64,000 bases of DNA from Pseudidiomarina indica (GCA_029279945.1 JAJUHK010000008.1:11212-75211), one strand, 5' to 3'; counted from the stretch's first letter, positions 21,405 through 33,084 are shown. Translations and numbers: made by a program. Notes: a model not told the origin generated them from the sequence alone.

Positions 21405-22387
21405 TACAGTACTCCTGCTTTTAATAAATCATGCATGTTCAGTGCGCCATGTGCAATGCCATGTTCATCAACAACAAACAGCCCGTTAATTTTGCGATCT
21501 TCCATGAGCTTCAACCCTTGTGCCGCTAGTACATCGGGTTGAATAGTGACAGGTTGGTGTGTCATCACTTGGTCGATACGGGTTTGATGAACATCAATGC
21601 GCTGATCGAGAATACGACGTAAATCACCGTCGGTAAATATCCCTAAGAGCCGTTGTTGACTATCGGCAATTCCGGTCATCCCTAAACCCTTGCGTGACAT
21701 TTCTAGCAAGGCTTCAGATAAGGTGGCTGAAGGTAGTACTAAGGGCATCCGATCGCCAGTGTGCATGATATCGCTTATGCGTAACAATAAGCGACGACCT
21801 AAACTACCGCCAGGGTGAGACATCGCAAAGTCATCGGCGGTAAAGCCGCGGGCATGTAGCAAGGCGACTGCAATGGCATCGCCCATAACCAAGGTGGCGG
21901 TAGTCGACGACGTTGGCGCTAATCCTAATGGGCAAGCCTCTTGTTCAACCGCAATACACACATGTACGTCAGAAAGTTGTGCGAGAGTTGAATCGGGATG
22001 CCCAGTCATGCTGACCAAACTAACGCCACGGCGCTTGATTAATGGGGCAATAGCGAGGACTTCCTCGGTTTCACCTGAGTTGGAAATCGCGAGTACTACA
22101 TCCTGTGCTGTGATCATCCCTAAATCACCATGACTGGCTTCACCCGGGTGGACGAAAAAGGATGGCGTGCCTGTTGATGCTAAGGTGGCCGCAATTTTGC
22201 CACCAATATGGCCCGATTTACCCATCCCAATCACAATGACGCGGCCTTGGCACTGTAATAGCAACTCACACGCCTGTTCAAATTGCGTGTCTAAATAACG
22301 TTTTAGGCCAGTGACAGCCGTGGCTTCGATGTCAACAACGCGCTCCGCGAGCATACGAAACGATACGGTTGGGGACTTTATTGTCAT
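21404..22387 (-). CDS. kdsD: Arabinose-5-phosphate isomerase
   Basis: SIS domain GMGKSGHIG..HPGEASHGDLG plus a CBS pair; ATG at 22387. Confidence 0.95.
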   Translation of the reverse strand: MTIKSPTVSFRMLAERVVDIEATAVTGLKRYLDTQFEQACELLLQCQGRVIVIGMGKSGHIGGKIAATLASTGTPSFFVHPGEASHGDLGMITAQDVVLAISNSGETEEVLAIAPLIKRRGVSLVSMTGHPDSTLAQLSDVHVCIAVEQEACPLGLAPTSSTTATLVMGDAIAVALLHARGFTADDFAMSHPGGSLGRRLLLRISDIMHTGDRMPLVLPSATLSEALLEMSRKGLGMTGIADSQQRLLGIFTDGDLRRILDQRIDVHQTRIDQVMTHQPVTIQPDVLAAQGLKLMEDRKINGLFVVDEHGIAHGALNMHDLLKAGVL

Positions 22388-22571
22388 GGGAACACTCCAG
22401 CCCAATGGATCAGGATCATTACATACGTGCAATAATAACCGATTGAGCGCTGAAATACAGACGAAATCAGCATCAAGCGTCACGTTTTGTCACAAATTTT
22501 ACCGCCTCAGTCTGTAGCAAGAGCGCCATTTCTGGTACACTCAGCGGTTAGAACAAGGAGATACCAAGGCA

Positions 22572-23435
22572 ATGCAAACTGCATCTCACGTACCGAGTCA
22601 GTCATCGTCACCCTGTGCCGATGATGAGGCATTAGTGGTGATTGACTCTATCGACTTTGCCCACGGGTTTGGTGCACACCAAGTTTACCGCGGCTTATCC
22701 ATGCGTATCCCGAAAGGCAAAATCACCGCGGTAATGGGCCCCAGTGGCATCGGTAAAACAACCTTATTGCGCTTGATCGGTGCACAGTTACGCCCGCAAC
22801 AAGGAAAAATTACCTTTGCCGGGGTTGATATTCATGCGCTTGGCCGCACTGAACTCTATGACGTTCGCAAACGGATGAGCATGTTGTTTCAAAGCGGTGC
22901 GTTGTTTACCGATATGACTGTGTATGACAACGTGGCGTTTCCGCTGCGTGAACACACCGAATTACCCGAGTCGATGATTGATACCATTGTCAAATTAAAG
23001 CTCGAGGCGGTTGGCTTGCGTGGTGCTCGGCACTTAATGCCAGCAGAGCTCTCCGGTGGTATGGCGCGTCGCGCTGCACTGGCACGGGCCATTGCCTTAG
23101 ACCCTGAGTTGGTCATGTATGATGAGCCTTTTGCTGGGCAAGACCCCATTTCGATGGGAGTCATTGTAAAATTGATTAAAGAACTCAATCAGTCGTTGGG
23201 AGTGACCAGTATCGTGGTCACGCATGACGTTGCGGAAGTGATGACGATAGCCGACTATGTCTACATAATCGCCAATAAAACGGTGGTTGGGCACGGCACC
23301 CCAGCAGAACTTAAACGGTCGTCAAACCCACTAATCCATCAGTTTTTACATGGTGAAGCAGATGGCCCAGTGCCATTCCATTATGCGGCGCCAAGCTTAG
23401 CGGATGACTTGTTGGGAGCGCAGCATGCTCGATAG
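22572..23435 (+). CDS. mlaF: Mla phospholipid ABC transporter ATPase
   Basis: [29 protein letters not shown] and [10 protein letters not shown]. Confidence 0.95.
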   Translation: MQTASHVPSQSSSPCADDEALVVIDSIDFAHGFGAHQVYRGLSMRIPKGKITAVMGPSGIGKTTLLRLIGAQLRPQQGKITFAGVDIHALGRTELYDVRKRMSMLFQSGALFTDMTVYDNVAFPLREHTELPESMIDTIVKLKLEAVGLRGARHLMPAELSGGMARRAALARAIALDPELVMYDEPFAGQDPISMGVIVKLIKELNQSLGVTSIVVTHDVAEVMTIADYVYIIANKTVVGHGTPAELKRSSNPLIHQFLHGEADGPVPFHYAAPSLADDLLGAQHAR

Positions 23436-24201
23436 AATTGCGGCCTTAGGGCGCGTTACACTTGATACCGTTGCCGGAGCTGGCGCAGCGTTGTTGATGC
23501 TGTTAAAAGCATTGATTGGCAAGCCAAATGTGCGGAAAAGTTGGCCGTTGTTGATGCAACAAATGTATGCCGTGGGTGTCTTATCGCTCATCATCATTGT
23601 GGTGAGCGGTTTGTTTATCGGCATGGTGCTAGGGTTGCAGGGGTACAATATTCTGGTCGACTTCGGTGCCGAGCAATCGCTCGGCCCCATGGTGGCATTG
23701 TCGTTGTTACGTGAGTTAGGGCCAGTGGTTACCGCATTACTGTTTGCCGGTCGCGCGGGCTCATCACTCACTGCCGAAATTGGCCTAATGAAAGCAACCG
23801 AACAGCTGTCGAGCCTTGAAATGATGGGGGTCGATCCGTTACGGCGGGTGATTGCCCCACGGTTCTGGGCGGGATTTTATAGCATGCCCCTGTTAGCCCT
23901 AGTGTTTTCCGCCGTCGGTATTTTTGGGGGGTATTTGGTGGGTGTGCGCTGGCTAGGGGTAGATGAGGGTGCCTTTTGGTCCGTCATGCAAGCCAATGTG
24001 GAATGGGGGCAAGATATCGTCAATGGCATCATTAAAAGCTTAGTATTTGCCTTTGTCGTGACCTGGATTGCATTGCATAAAGGATACAGTTGCACACCGA
24101 CTTCGGTGGGGATTAGCCGGGCCACCACCTCAACTGTGGTCACCGCGTCGTTAGCCGTGCTCGGGCTCGACTTTGTATTAACTGCATTGATGTTTGGATA
24201 A
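23425..24201 (+). CDS. mlaE: Mla permease
   Basis: [30 protein letters not shown]. Confidence 0.95.
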   Translation: MLDRIAALGRVTLDTVAGAGAALLMLLKALIGKPNVRKSWPLLMQQMYAVGVLSLIIIVVSGLFIGMVLGLQGYNILVDFGAEQSLGPMVALSLLRELGPVVTALLFAGRAGSSLTAEIGLMKATEQLSSLEMMGVDPLRRVIAPRFWAGFYSMPLLALVFSAVGIFGGYLVGVRWLGVDEGAFWSVMQANVEWGQDIVNGIIKSLVFAFVVTWIALHKGYSCTPTSVGISRATTSTVVTASLAVLGLDFVLTALMFG

Positions 24202-24206
24202 CAGTT

Positions 24207-24674
24207 ATGGAATCAAGAAACACACAACTCGCCGTCGGTCTCTTTGTCATTATTGGCATTTTAGCACTGCTGTTTTTAGGTTTACGTGCCGCCAATACAA
24301 GTGCCGTGACCAGCGGCGAAACCTATCGGCTGTATGCTAAATTCGATAACATCGGTGGCCTTAAAGAACGTTCGCCGGTGAAGGTTGGGGGGGTTGTTGT
24401 TGGCCGCGTCAGTAGAATTACCTTAAGTGGCGAGTATTATGAGCCACTTGTGGAAATGACCATTAGCGCAACCTACAACAAATTCCCTGACACCTCGTCA
24501 GTGTCAATTTTAACGTCGGGGCTATTGGGCGAACAATACATTGGCTTGAACCCAGGTTTTATCGATGAAACCGTTGAAATGCTCCAAGATGGCGATCAAA
24601 TCTATGACACTAAATCAGCACTAGTGCTGGAAGATCTCATCGGTCAGTTCTTGTTCAGCCAAGGCAACGATTAA
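24207..24674 (+). CDS. mlaD: MCE-domain protein MlaD
   Basis: FDNIGGLKERSPVKVGGVVVGRV and ILTSGLLGEQYI. Confidence 0.95.
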   Translation: MESRNTQLAVGLFVIIGILALLFLGLRAANTSAVTSGETYRLYAKFDNIGGLKERSPVKVGGVVVGRVSRITLSGEYYEPLVEMTISATYNKFPDTSSVSILTSGLLGEQYIGLNPGFIDETVEMLQDGDQIYDTKSALVLEDLIGQFLFSQGND

Positions 24675-24683
24675 GGAGTTCGT

Positions 24684-25346
24684 ATGAAACAGTGGTTGTT
24701 TACGTTAAGCATGATATTTTTTGCAGCTACCGCACCTGCGGCAGCGCAGTCAGAATTAATTCGTGATGACAACCCATACGTGTTGTTAGAGAAAGTAGCG
24801 AATAAAACCCTGGCACGCATAGCCCAAGATCGTGACCTCATTAACGCCGATCTCAACCACACACGCGTTATTATTCGCGAAGAGATGCTGCCCTATGTGG
24901 ATTATATTTATGCAGCCAAGCGCGTGTTGGGTCGCCACCTAACACAAACCACTGAAGAGCAGCGGCAGGAGTTTTATACCGTTTTTCGGGACTACCTAAT
25001 CACAACCTACGCTGGCGCGTTCACTCAGTATGATGAAAACAAGCATACTATAGAGTTTGGTAACCCTGGCCGGTTTGAGGAAAATAGCCGGATGGTGGTG
25101 GTCAATACCCGCTTAATCGAACAAGGTGGACGTCCGCCCGTACGACTCGATTTCAAAATGCGTTACGACAATACTGATGACGTGTGGAAAGCGTACGACT
25201 TGGTGGTTGAGGGAGTAAGCTTACTCAACAGTAAGCAAACTGAAATCGCCAGTGTCATCCGTAGCAATGGCATTGACGGAACCATTAAACTGCTGCGCGA
25301 AAAAGCGCGAGAAGCAGTTAAACCTTATGAAGAAACAGAGAGCTAA
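24684..25346 (+). CDS. mlaC: Periplasmic phospholipid shuttle MlaC
   Basis: Signal peptide and WKAYDLVVEGVSLLNSKQTE. Confidence 0.93.
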   Translation: MKQWLFTLSMIFFAATAPAAAQSELIRDDNPYVLLEKVANKTLARIAQDRDLINADLNHTRVIIREEMLPYVDYIYAAKRVLGRHLTQTTEEQRQEFYTVFRDYLITTYAGAFTQYDENKHTIEFGNPGRFEENSRMVVVNTRLIEQGGRPPVRLDFKMRYDNTDDVWKAYDLVVEGVSLLNSKQTEIASVIRSNGIDGTIKLLREKAREAVKPYEETES

Positions 25347-25349
25347 ATC

Positions 25350-25649
25350 ATGAGTGAATGCACGTGGCAACAGCATGAGCATGATATTCGCTTGCAGGGA
25401 GAACTCAGCCGTGTCACTGTGCCGAAATTATGGCGGCAGCGACAACAATGGCTGGGCGGTGGTGACGACATTACCTTAAATTTAGCCGCGGTTGAAAAAG
25501 TCGATTCTGCAGGTGTGGCCATGCTTATTGAAGTCAAGCGTGAACTTCTAGGTACTGGTCGTGCTCTTATTATCACCCATCCTACGGCACAATTGCGTGC
25601 CATAGTTCAGGTCACTGGAGTCGAGGCGATTTTACAACTCGATGATTAA
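25350..25649 (+). CDS. mlaB: STAS-domain protein MlaB
   Basis: VEKVDSAGVAML STAS motif; synteny. Confidence 0.9.
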   Translation: MSECTWQQHEHDIRLQGELSRVTVPKLWRQRQQWLGGGDDITLNLAAVEKVDSAGVAMLIEVKRELLGTGRALIITHPTAQLRAIVQVTGVEAILQLDD

Positions 25650-25669
25650 CTGAGTAAGTGAAAGATTCA

Positions 25670-25936
25670 ATGAGTATGTTGACAGCAGAAGCCATTCAAC
25701 AAAAGTTGTTGGATGAATTGGATGTAAGTGAAGTCATGGTGAAACTTGACGGCAGTCATGCTGCCGTGACTGCGGTGAGCGATATCTTTGCTGACCTCTC
25801 GCGCGTTAAGAAACAGCAACTCGTATACGCACCCTTGAAAGCATGGATTGCTTCTGGTGAACTTCATGCTGTATCCATTCGTACCTACACAGTTTCCGAA
25901 TGGCAACGCGAGAAAAAACTCGCAATGTTAAGTTAA
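25670..25936 (+). CDS. ibaG: BolA-family protein IbaG
   Basis: SRVKKQQLVYAPL...GELHAVSIRTYT; between mlaB and murA. Confidence 0.88.
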   Translation: MSMLTAEAIQQKLLDELDVSEVMVKLDGSHAAVTAVSDIFADLSRVKKQQLVYAPLKAWIASGELHAVSIRTYTVSEWQREKKLAMLS

Positions 25937-25948
25937 GCAACGGGATAG

Positions 25949-27208
<1,260 letters not shown>

Positions 27209-27219
27209 TGGGCATGCGG

Positions 27220-28269
27220 CTATTGCAGCCGCGTGATGACCACCTCAACAGACTCAATTTTGTTGTCGCGTAAAAACCGTACGGTAATCGTTGTACCAGG
27301 TTTCGTTTGCGCGACTTTGGCCAACCCTTCGCTGGCTGATGCCATCGGCTGACCATCAATTTCGATAATATAGTCATCGGCACGTATACCAGCTTGCTCC
27401 GCAGGGCTATTAGGATCAACGCCCGTTACATAGATCCCAGGCTGGTTGTTGTTAGCGGTTTGTGGCCCATCGCCTACTTGCACACCAAGATACCCACGGA
27501 CCACTTCACCTTCACGAATTAAGGTATCCATAACTGATTTAGCCAGCGGGTAAGGTACGGCAAAATATATACCATCGATACCTTGCCCACGAGCATCACG
27601 AAACTGCGCGTTATTAATACCGACTAAGTAGCCTTGCGAGTTGATTAACGCGCCTCCAGAGGCACCTTCGTTAATAGCCGCATCCATTTGGATGAGATCA
27701 GCGTGGGAGTGAATGATCCCCATCCGTCCGCCCGTTGCACTAACAATACCTTGGGTAATGGTTTGCCCTAAGTTATGCGGGTTACCAATAGCGAGGACAA
27801 CATCGCCCACCTGTGTTTGTAGTGATTCATTTTGCGGGATAATAGGCAGATTATCGGCCTCAATTCGCACGACGGCTAAGTCAGTGACGGTATCGTAACC
27901 AATCACCTGGCCACTGTAATTACGTCCGTCTTGTAATGCGACCTGAATCTCATTGACGCCAGCGACCACATGATAAGCGGTAAGGATATGCCCTAGGTTA
28001 TCCATAATTACCCCGGAACCGAGCCGAAATACGGTACTGGGTCGACGTGAATAATAGGAACCACGAATGGAGCCAATGCTATAAATATTTACCACCGCAG
28101 GTGCTGCGCGTTGTACAGCCGTGGCAAAGCTCAGTGGTTGATCGAGCGGGTAGGTTGGTGGAGTAAGCTGCTGTTTAGCACTGGGCACCACAACAATCAC
28201 GATAGCAGCTACGGCTAAGCCGAGCAGTATAGAGCGCAAGATGTACCAAGCGATGTGCCGCAATTGCAT
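27220..28269 (-). CDS. degS: Envelope stress sensor serine protease DegS
   Basis: N-terminal TM, LTAYHVV, DLAVV, INEGASGGAL and a single PDZ domain; downstream of degQ. Confidence 0.88.
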   Translation of the reverse strand: MQLRHIAWYILRSILLGLAVAAIVIVVVPSAKQQLTPPTYPLDQPLSFATAVQRAAPAVVNIYSIGSIRGSYYSRRPSTVFRLGSGVIMDNLGHILTAYHVVAGVNEIQVALQDGRNYSGQVIGYDTVTDLAVVRIEADNLPIIPQNESLQTQVGDVVLAIGNPHNLGQTITQGIVSATGGRMGIIHSHADLIQMDAAINEGASGGALINSQGYLVGINNAQFRDARGQGIDGIYFAVPYPLAKSVMDTLIREGEVVRGYLGVQVGDGPQTANNNQPGIYVTGVDPNSPAEQAGIRADDYIIEIDGQPMASASEGLAKVAQTKPGTTITVRFLRDNKIESVEVVITRLQ

Positions 28270-28320
28270 AGATAGTTGTAACCTAGTGATTTACGAATAA
28301 ATAACAGCATAGCATTGTTT

Positions 28321-28353
28321 AAAAATGAAGGCAGCATTTTGCTGCCTTCATTT
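28321..28353 (-). terminator. Intrinsic terminator after degQ
   Basis: 14-bp stem aaatgaaggcagca-ttt-tgctgccttcattt; the A-run at 28321-28325 gives the U-tract on the minus strand. Confidence 0.8.
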
Positions 28354-28377
28354 GCACACAAATGGCGTGGAGATGTT

Positions 28378-29724
28378 TTAACCGCCGCGCAGGACGAGAT
28401 AAATTTGTGAGTTACCGCGACGGATGTTCAGTGCAATAACACCACCAGCACTACTGAGCGCTTCACGCAATTCAGTGATGCTATTCACAGGGCTGCGGTT
28501 GACGCCCATAATCACGTCGTTCTTACGAATACCGTAGCGCTCTGCAATAGAACCAGACTCAAGCTCGGTCACTTTCAATCCACCGCGCTCATCAGGAGTT
28601 AAGGTGACACCATTAAAGGCGGGGTGGATGGTCGCTGCGGATACCGATTGCTCTTCTGCAGATAAGGTGACTTTGAATTTCCGTTCTTTACCATCGCGCA
28701 GTACGGTTAAGGTGAGTTCCTTACCAGCACCTAAGGTGCCGACGCGTGCGCTGAGATCAGCGAAAGTACGGATCTGTTCACCATTCACTTCAGTGATCAC
28801 GTCACCAGACTTCAAGCCTGCGCGCTCAGCCGGACCATCGGCAATAACCTCAGCAATAAACGCCCCTTGGTTGGCTTTCAAATCAAGCGCTTTAGCAATA
28901 TCGTGGGTGAGGTCATTACCACGCACACCCAGCACCCCACGACGAACCTCGCCAAACTCAATCAGCTGGGCGACAAGGTTGGTCATCATATCTGACGGAA
29001 TGGCAAAACCGATCCCGATATTGCCGCCATTGGGGCCTAAAATGGCAGTATTTATACCAATCAGTTCACCGTCTAAGGTAACCAGTGCTCCACCTGAGTT
29101 ACCGCTATTGATCGCCGCATCGGTCTGGATAAAGTTTTCAATCTCTTCGATACCCAAGCCACTGCGTCCGAGTGCACTAACGATACCAGAGGTAACCGTT
29201 TGGCCAAGGCCAAAGGGGTTACCAATAGCAACCACAAAGTCACCGACCCGTAAATCTGCCGAGCGGCCAACTTTAATGGCAGTTAAATTTTCACCATCTT
29301 TTATTTTTAATAGCGCAATATCTGAGCGATCATCGGTACCAATAACCGTGGCATCAAACTGCCGTCCATCTTTAAGCGTGACCAGAATTTCAGTGGCACC
29401 ATCGATGACATGATTGTTGGTAACGACATAGCCTTCTTTGGCATCAATAATGACACCCGAACCAAGTCCTTGGAATGGCCGTTCTTGAACTTGCTCACGC
29501 GGACCACCAGGGCCAAAGAAGAAACGGAACATGTCAGGAATCCGTTGACGTACTTCCCGCTTACCTTTGACGGAGATATTAACTACCGCTGGGGTGACTT
29601 CTTCCAGCATGGGCGCTAACGTGGGCGTTTCATTTTTCTGACTGAAAAAAGGAATACTGGCGGAGCTTGGCGTAATAACTAAAGCAGTCGCCAGTGCAAA
29701 GGCTGCGAATATCTTCACTTTCAT
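28378..29724 (-). CDS. degQ: Periplasmic serine endoprotease DegQ/DegP family
   Basis: Signal peptide, VTNNHVI, SDIALL, INSGNSGGAL and two PDZ domains; ATG at 29724. Confidence 0.93.
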   Translation of the reverse strand: MKVKIFAAFALATALVITPSSASIPFFSQKNETPTLAPMLEEVTPAVVNISVKGKREVRQRIPDMFRFFFGPGGPREQVQERPFQGLGSGVIIDAKEGYVVTNNHVIDGATEILVTLKDGRQFDATVIGTDDRSDIALLKIKDGENLTAIKVGRSADLRVGDFVVAIGNPFGLGQTVTSGIVSALGRSGLGIEEIENFIQTDAAINSGNSGGALVTLDGELIGINTAILGPNGGNIGIGFAIPSDMMTNLVAQLIEFGEVRRGVLGVRGNDLTHDIAKALDLKANQGAFIAEVIADGPAERAGLKSGDVITEVNGEQIRTFADLSARVGTLGAGKELTLTVLRDGKERKFKVTLSAEEQSVSAATIHPAFNGVTLTPDERGGLKVTELESGSIAERYGIRKNDVIMGVNRSPVNSITELREALSSAGGVIALNIRRGNSQIYLVLRGG

Positions 29725-29798
29725 TAAGGTGACTCCTGTTTCATGAATGGAAGACTGCACTGCATGCAGATCCCACAATCTTCTTGAGTGATGCAGTT

Positions 29799-29825
29799 AA
29801 AGACTACCACTCATGATATAAGTTC
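29799..29825 (-). promoter_or_regulatory. Candidate sigmaE-type promoter for degQ
   Basis: The minus strand reads GAACTT-N16-TCTTT, about 75 nt upstream of the degQ start. Confidence 0.55.
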
Positions 29826-29839
29826 ACCGCAAAGATGTT

Positions 29840-30274
29840 TCAAGGTGTTTCTTGCGTTGATTTAAACAATCCAGATTGTGTATCACTGTAATCACGCGGC
29901 ATATCAGTGCTTGCTTTATCGTCACTGCGTCGTTTTTCTGGACGCAACTGATTGGTCATGCGCAACTCACGCAAGGTATCTTCAGCGAAGAAAGGTAAGC
30001 TTGGTTGCTCTACCTCACGTTGCAATAAATCGGCGCTGTGATACAAGTATGCTTTTAGCTTATCTTGTGTCTCTTCCAACTGCTCCACTAACGCCTGTGC
30101 CGTTGCGAGATGTTCGGCCACTTCTTGGCGATAATCGGCGAGTTGTTGTTTGGTTTGCGTCACTTGCTGACTGAGCTCGGCTTCATCTGAATGCTCGGAC
30201 AACCAATACCGTGCGAGGAAAAATCCAACGATGGCACCAGCTACGACGAGTAAAAAACCTACAATCCAGCTCAT
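29840..30274 (-). CDS. zapG: YhcB/ZapG (DUF1043)
   Basis: N-terminal TM, coiled coil (YRQEVAEHL) and C-terminal MPRDYS..SGL; divergent from zapE. Confidence 0.88.
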   Translation of the reverse strand: MSWIVGFLLVVAGAIVGFFLARYWLSEHSDEAELSQQVTQTKQQLADYRQEVAEHLATAQALVEQLEETQDKLKAYLYHSADLLQREVEQPSLPFFAEDTLRELRMTNQLRPEKRRSDDKASTDMPRDYSDTQSGLFKSTQETP

Positions 30275-30344
30275 AAATACTCCTTAAAAATGCGTTGCGC
30301 ATGGTAAACTACTAACCCCTAGCATAATCCAGAATAGAGTCGAA

Positions 30345-31469
30345 GTGGTAGTGACAACAGAGAAACTTCCCCCAATCGTAAAATATGAACGTGATCTTGC
30401 CAGTGGCCAATTTCAGCCAGATGCCGCGCAACGCCGCGCCGTAGAGGCATTACAGCGGCTTTATGATGACCTTCTGGTGTCTGAACAGCACCACCAAGGT
30501 GGTTGGTTGCGGCGCTTGAAACAGCGTATACAAGGGGCACCGGCTGCGCCAAAGGGAATTTATTTCTGGGGCGGCGTCGGCCGCGGCAAAACTTATTTAG
30601 TGGATACGTTTTTTGATAGTTTGCCGTTTAACCGCAAACTACGGCTGCACTTCCACCGCTTTATGCACCGCATTCATGATGAATTGAAAGCGTTAAAAGG
30701 GCGCAGCGATCCCTTACCGATTATCGCGGATAAGTTGGCGCTTGAAGCACGGGTATTGTGCTTTGATGAGTTTTTTGTGCAAGACATTACCGATGCAATG
30801 ATTTTAGGCACCTTGATGCAAGAGTTGTTTGCCCGTGGTGTGGTCTTAGTGGCGACCTCCAATATAGTGCCAGATGATTTGTACCGTAATGGCCTACAAC
30901 GCCAACGGTTTATCCCGGCAATTGAGCAAATTAAATTGCATTGTGACGTGATTAACGTTGATAGTGGTATTGATTACCGCTTACGTACCCTCACCCAAGC
31001 ACAAATCTATCATACACCAGCAGATGCTGCGGCGGATGCGAGTTTACAAGGGTATTTTCATCAGCTGGTGCCAAACTATGACGCTACTACTGCCGCCACC
31101 GAGATTGAAATAAACCATCGCAATATTCCGATCCGTATGGTTCATGATGGTGTGATCATGTTTTCGTTTAGCGCGTTGTGTGAAACGGCCCGCTCGCAGA
31201 ACGACTACATTGAAATTGCGCAGTGCTACCATACTGTTCTCATCAGTGATGTGCCGCAAATGGGGGCGCATAACGATGATGCAGCACGCCGTTTTATCGC
31301 GTTGGTCGATGAATTCTATGAGCGGCGGGTGAAACTTATCATGTCAGCAACGGTACCGCTTGACCAATTGTATTCTCAAGGTACATTAAACTTTGAATTC
31401 AAACGCTGTATCAGTCGGCTACGCGAAATGCAGAGCCACGAATACTTAGGACTCGCACACAAATCATGA
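30345..31469 (+). CDS. zapE: AFG1-family cell division ATPase ZapE
   Basis: GIYFWGGVGRGKT, LCFDEFFVQDITDAMIL and RRFIALVDEFY. Confidence 0.95.
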   Translation: MVVTTEKLPPIVKYERDLASGQFQPDAAQRRAVEALQRLYDDLLVSEQHHQGGWLRRLKQRIQGAPAAPKGIYFWGGVGRGKTYLVDTFFDSLPFNRKLRLHFHRFMHRIHDELKALKGRSDPLPIIADKLALEARVLCFDEFFVQDITDAMILGTLMQELFARGVVLVATSNIVPDDLYRNGLQRQRFIPAIEQIKLHCDVINVDSGIDYRLRTLTQAQIYHTPADAAADASLQGYFHQLVPNYDATTAATEIEINHRNIPIRMVHDGVIMFSFSALCETARSQNDYIEIAQCYHTVLISDVPQMGAHNDDAARRFIALVDEFYERRVKLIMSATVPLDQLYSQGTLNFEFKRCISRLREMQSHEYLGLAHKS

Positions 31470-33061
31470 CACTCTCGGACTGGGGTTTAGCGCTCGGTGG
31501 TTTAGGTCTATTATTGCTTGGCATGCAGCTCATGACCGATGGGCTAAAGTCGGCTGCAGGGCAGCATCTACAAGGATTTTTAGAGCGTTCAACACAAACG
31601 CGGTTGAGGGCTGCCCTGTCAGGTTTTATCGTGACAGCCGTGGTGCAATCCTCAACAGCCGTTGTCGTCGCCTTATTAGGTTTTACTAATGCCGGGATGC
31701 TAAAACTACGCCAAGCTGCGTGGGTGGTATTTGGGGGAAACGTAGGCACCACATTAACGGCTTGGATTGTGGCGCTGATTGGGCTCAAAATTAATGTTGG
31801 CGTGTTCGCATGGCCCCTGATTGGCTTGGGCATGCTGCTCAATTTGATCCGATCAAATTCTCCTTCGGGCTATGTTGGCTTGGCGCTCGCTGGATTCGGC
31901 GTATTATTCGTCGGGCTGGATACCTTGCGCGTAGCATTTGAGCAGGTCGCATTGAATTTCCCGATTGGTTACCTCAACGTCGATGGTATTGGCGGTATTT
32001 TAGTCGCGATCTTGGTCGGCTTTATTTTAACTGTCATTATTCAGTCATCCACCGCCGCAATTGCGATTGTTTTAACAGCCTCTGTCAGTGGTATGTTCAC
32101 CCCCTTAGCAGGCGCAGCGTTGGTTATTGGTGCCAACATAGGCACCACGGCTACTGCAATTATCGCCAGCATCAATGCAACACCACACGCGAAACGGTTA
32201 GCGGCAGTCCATGTGCTGATGAAAACGGTGACCGGGGTTGTCGCCGTCATTTTATTAGCGCCTATGTGGTGGGTTGCGCAATGGCTATCCGGTGGGGAGC
32301 AAGTGGCGAATATCAGTGCTGGTTTAGCGGTGTATCACACCTTATTTAATCTGCTTGGTATTAGTTTGATGTGGGCGTTTGATGAGGTGATTTTCCGCCG
32401 CGTTGAGCGCTGGTATCGGATCCCCCATTTGCGTTCCGGTGAACCACGGTATCTGGATAAAACCGTACTTGAAATACCCGCCATGGGGTTGAATGCGATC
32501 CAGCAAGAATTAAATCGCGTGCAGCGTCAATATTTAGTGCGGCTTCGAAATTTACTGACCGAGCAGCCTGAGCACGGGGAAACTGAGGAAGACATCGCAA
32601 CTGGCGTGTTGCTCGGGCATATCCATGAGTATCTAACAAAGCTGAGTGCCCAACATCTGACCGGTACAGAAGCATTATTGCTTGCCAAGTTGTATCGCGA
32701 GCATGCCCAGTTGAGCGATTTACGGTTATTGGTGGAAGGCTTACGGAGTGCTACACCAGAGGAACTAGCACTGAGTTTGAATGCCCAGCTGCGTGAGTTA
32801 TTACTTGAGTTATTTAGTGCATCGGCAATGAAAGAGCGGCCTTTAGCCAACTGGAACGCCTTGATGAGTTCCATCCGAGCGACTCGGAATGCGTTACGCC
32901 ATACGTGGTTTAATGACATTGCCGAAAATAAATTAAGTGCGACTCAAGGAGCAACATTAATGCAGCTTACGAGTATGTGGGAACGTAGTGCAGAAGTGAT
33001 TGCCGCATTAAAAACGCAAACCGTTCCAATGGAAAATGCATCAGCATCGTTGATCTTTTAA
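31466..33061 (+). CDS. Na/Pi cotransporter family protein with a helical (PhoU-like) C-terminal domain
   Basis: Two repeats with VVQSSTA / IIQSSTA and GGNVGTT / GANIGTT motifs; multiple TMs, then a soluble helical tail. Confidence 0.85.
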   Translation: MTLSDWGLALGGLGLLLLGMQLMTDGLKSAAGQHLQGFLERSTQTRLRAALSGFIVTAVVQSSTAVVVALLGFTNAGMLKLRQAAWVVFGGNVGTTLTAWIVALIGLKINVGVFAWPLIGLGMLLNLIRSNSPSGYVGLALAGFGVLFVGLDTLRVAFEQVALNFPIGYLNVDGIGGILVAILVGFILTVIIQSSTAAIAIVLTASVSGMFTPLAGAALVIGANIGTTATAIIASINATPHAKRLAAVHVLMKTVTGVVAVILLAPMWWVAQWLSGGEQVANISAGLAVYHTLFNLLGISLMWAFDEVIFRRVERWYRIPHLRSGEPRYLDKTVLEIPAMGLNAIQQELNRVQRQYLVRLRNLLTEQPEHGETEEDIATGVLLGHIHEYLTKLSAQHLTGTEALLLAKLYREHAQLSDLRLLVEGLRSATPEELALSLNAQLRELLLELFSASAMKERPLANWNALMSSIRATRNALRHTWFNDIAENKLSATQGATLMQLTSMWERSAEVIAALKTQTVPMENASASLIF

Positions 33062-33078
33062 ACACATTTCCATATAAT
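33050..33078 (+). promoter_or_regulatory. sigma70 promoter of rplM-rpsI
   Basis: TTGATC (33050-33055)-N17-TATAAT (33073-33078), followed by a GC-rich discriminator ccgcgc. Confidence 0.7.
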
Positions 33079-33084
33079 CCGCGC

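Noticed and set aside
28604-29413. 269-aa ORF antisense to degQ
   Set aside because: It is a shadow ORF arising from codon structure on the opposite strand, with no recognisable motifs. The same applies to 3556-3843, 3850-4263, 11277-11786, 41040-41501, 61534-61914 and 62241-62786.
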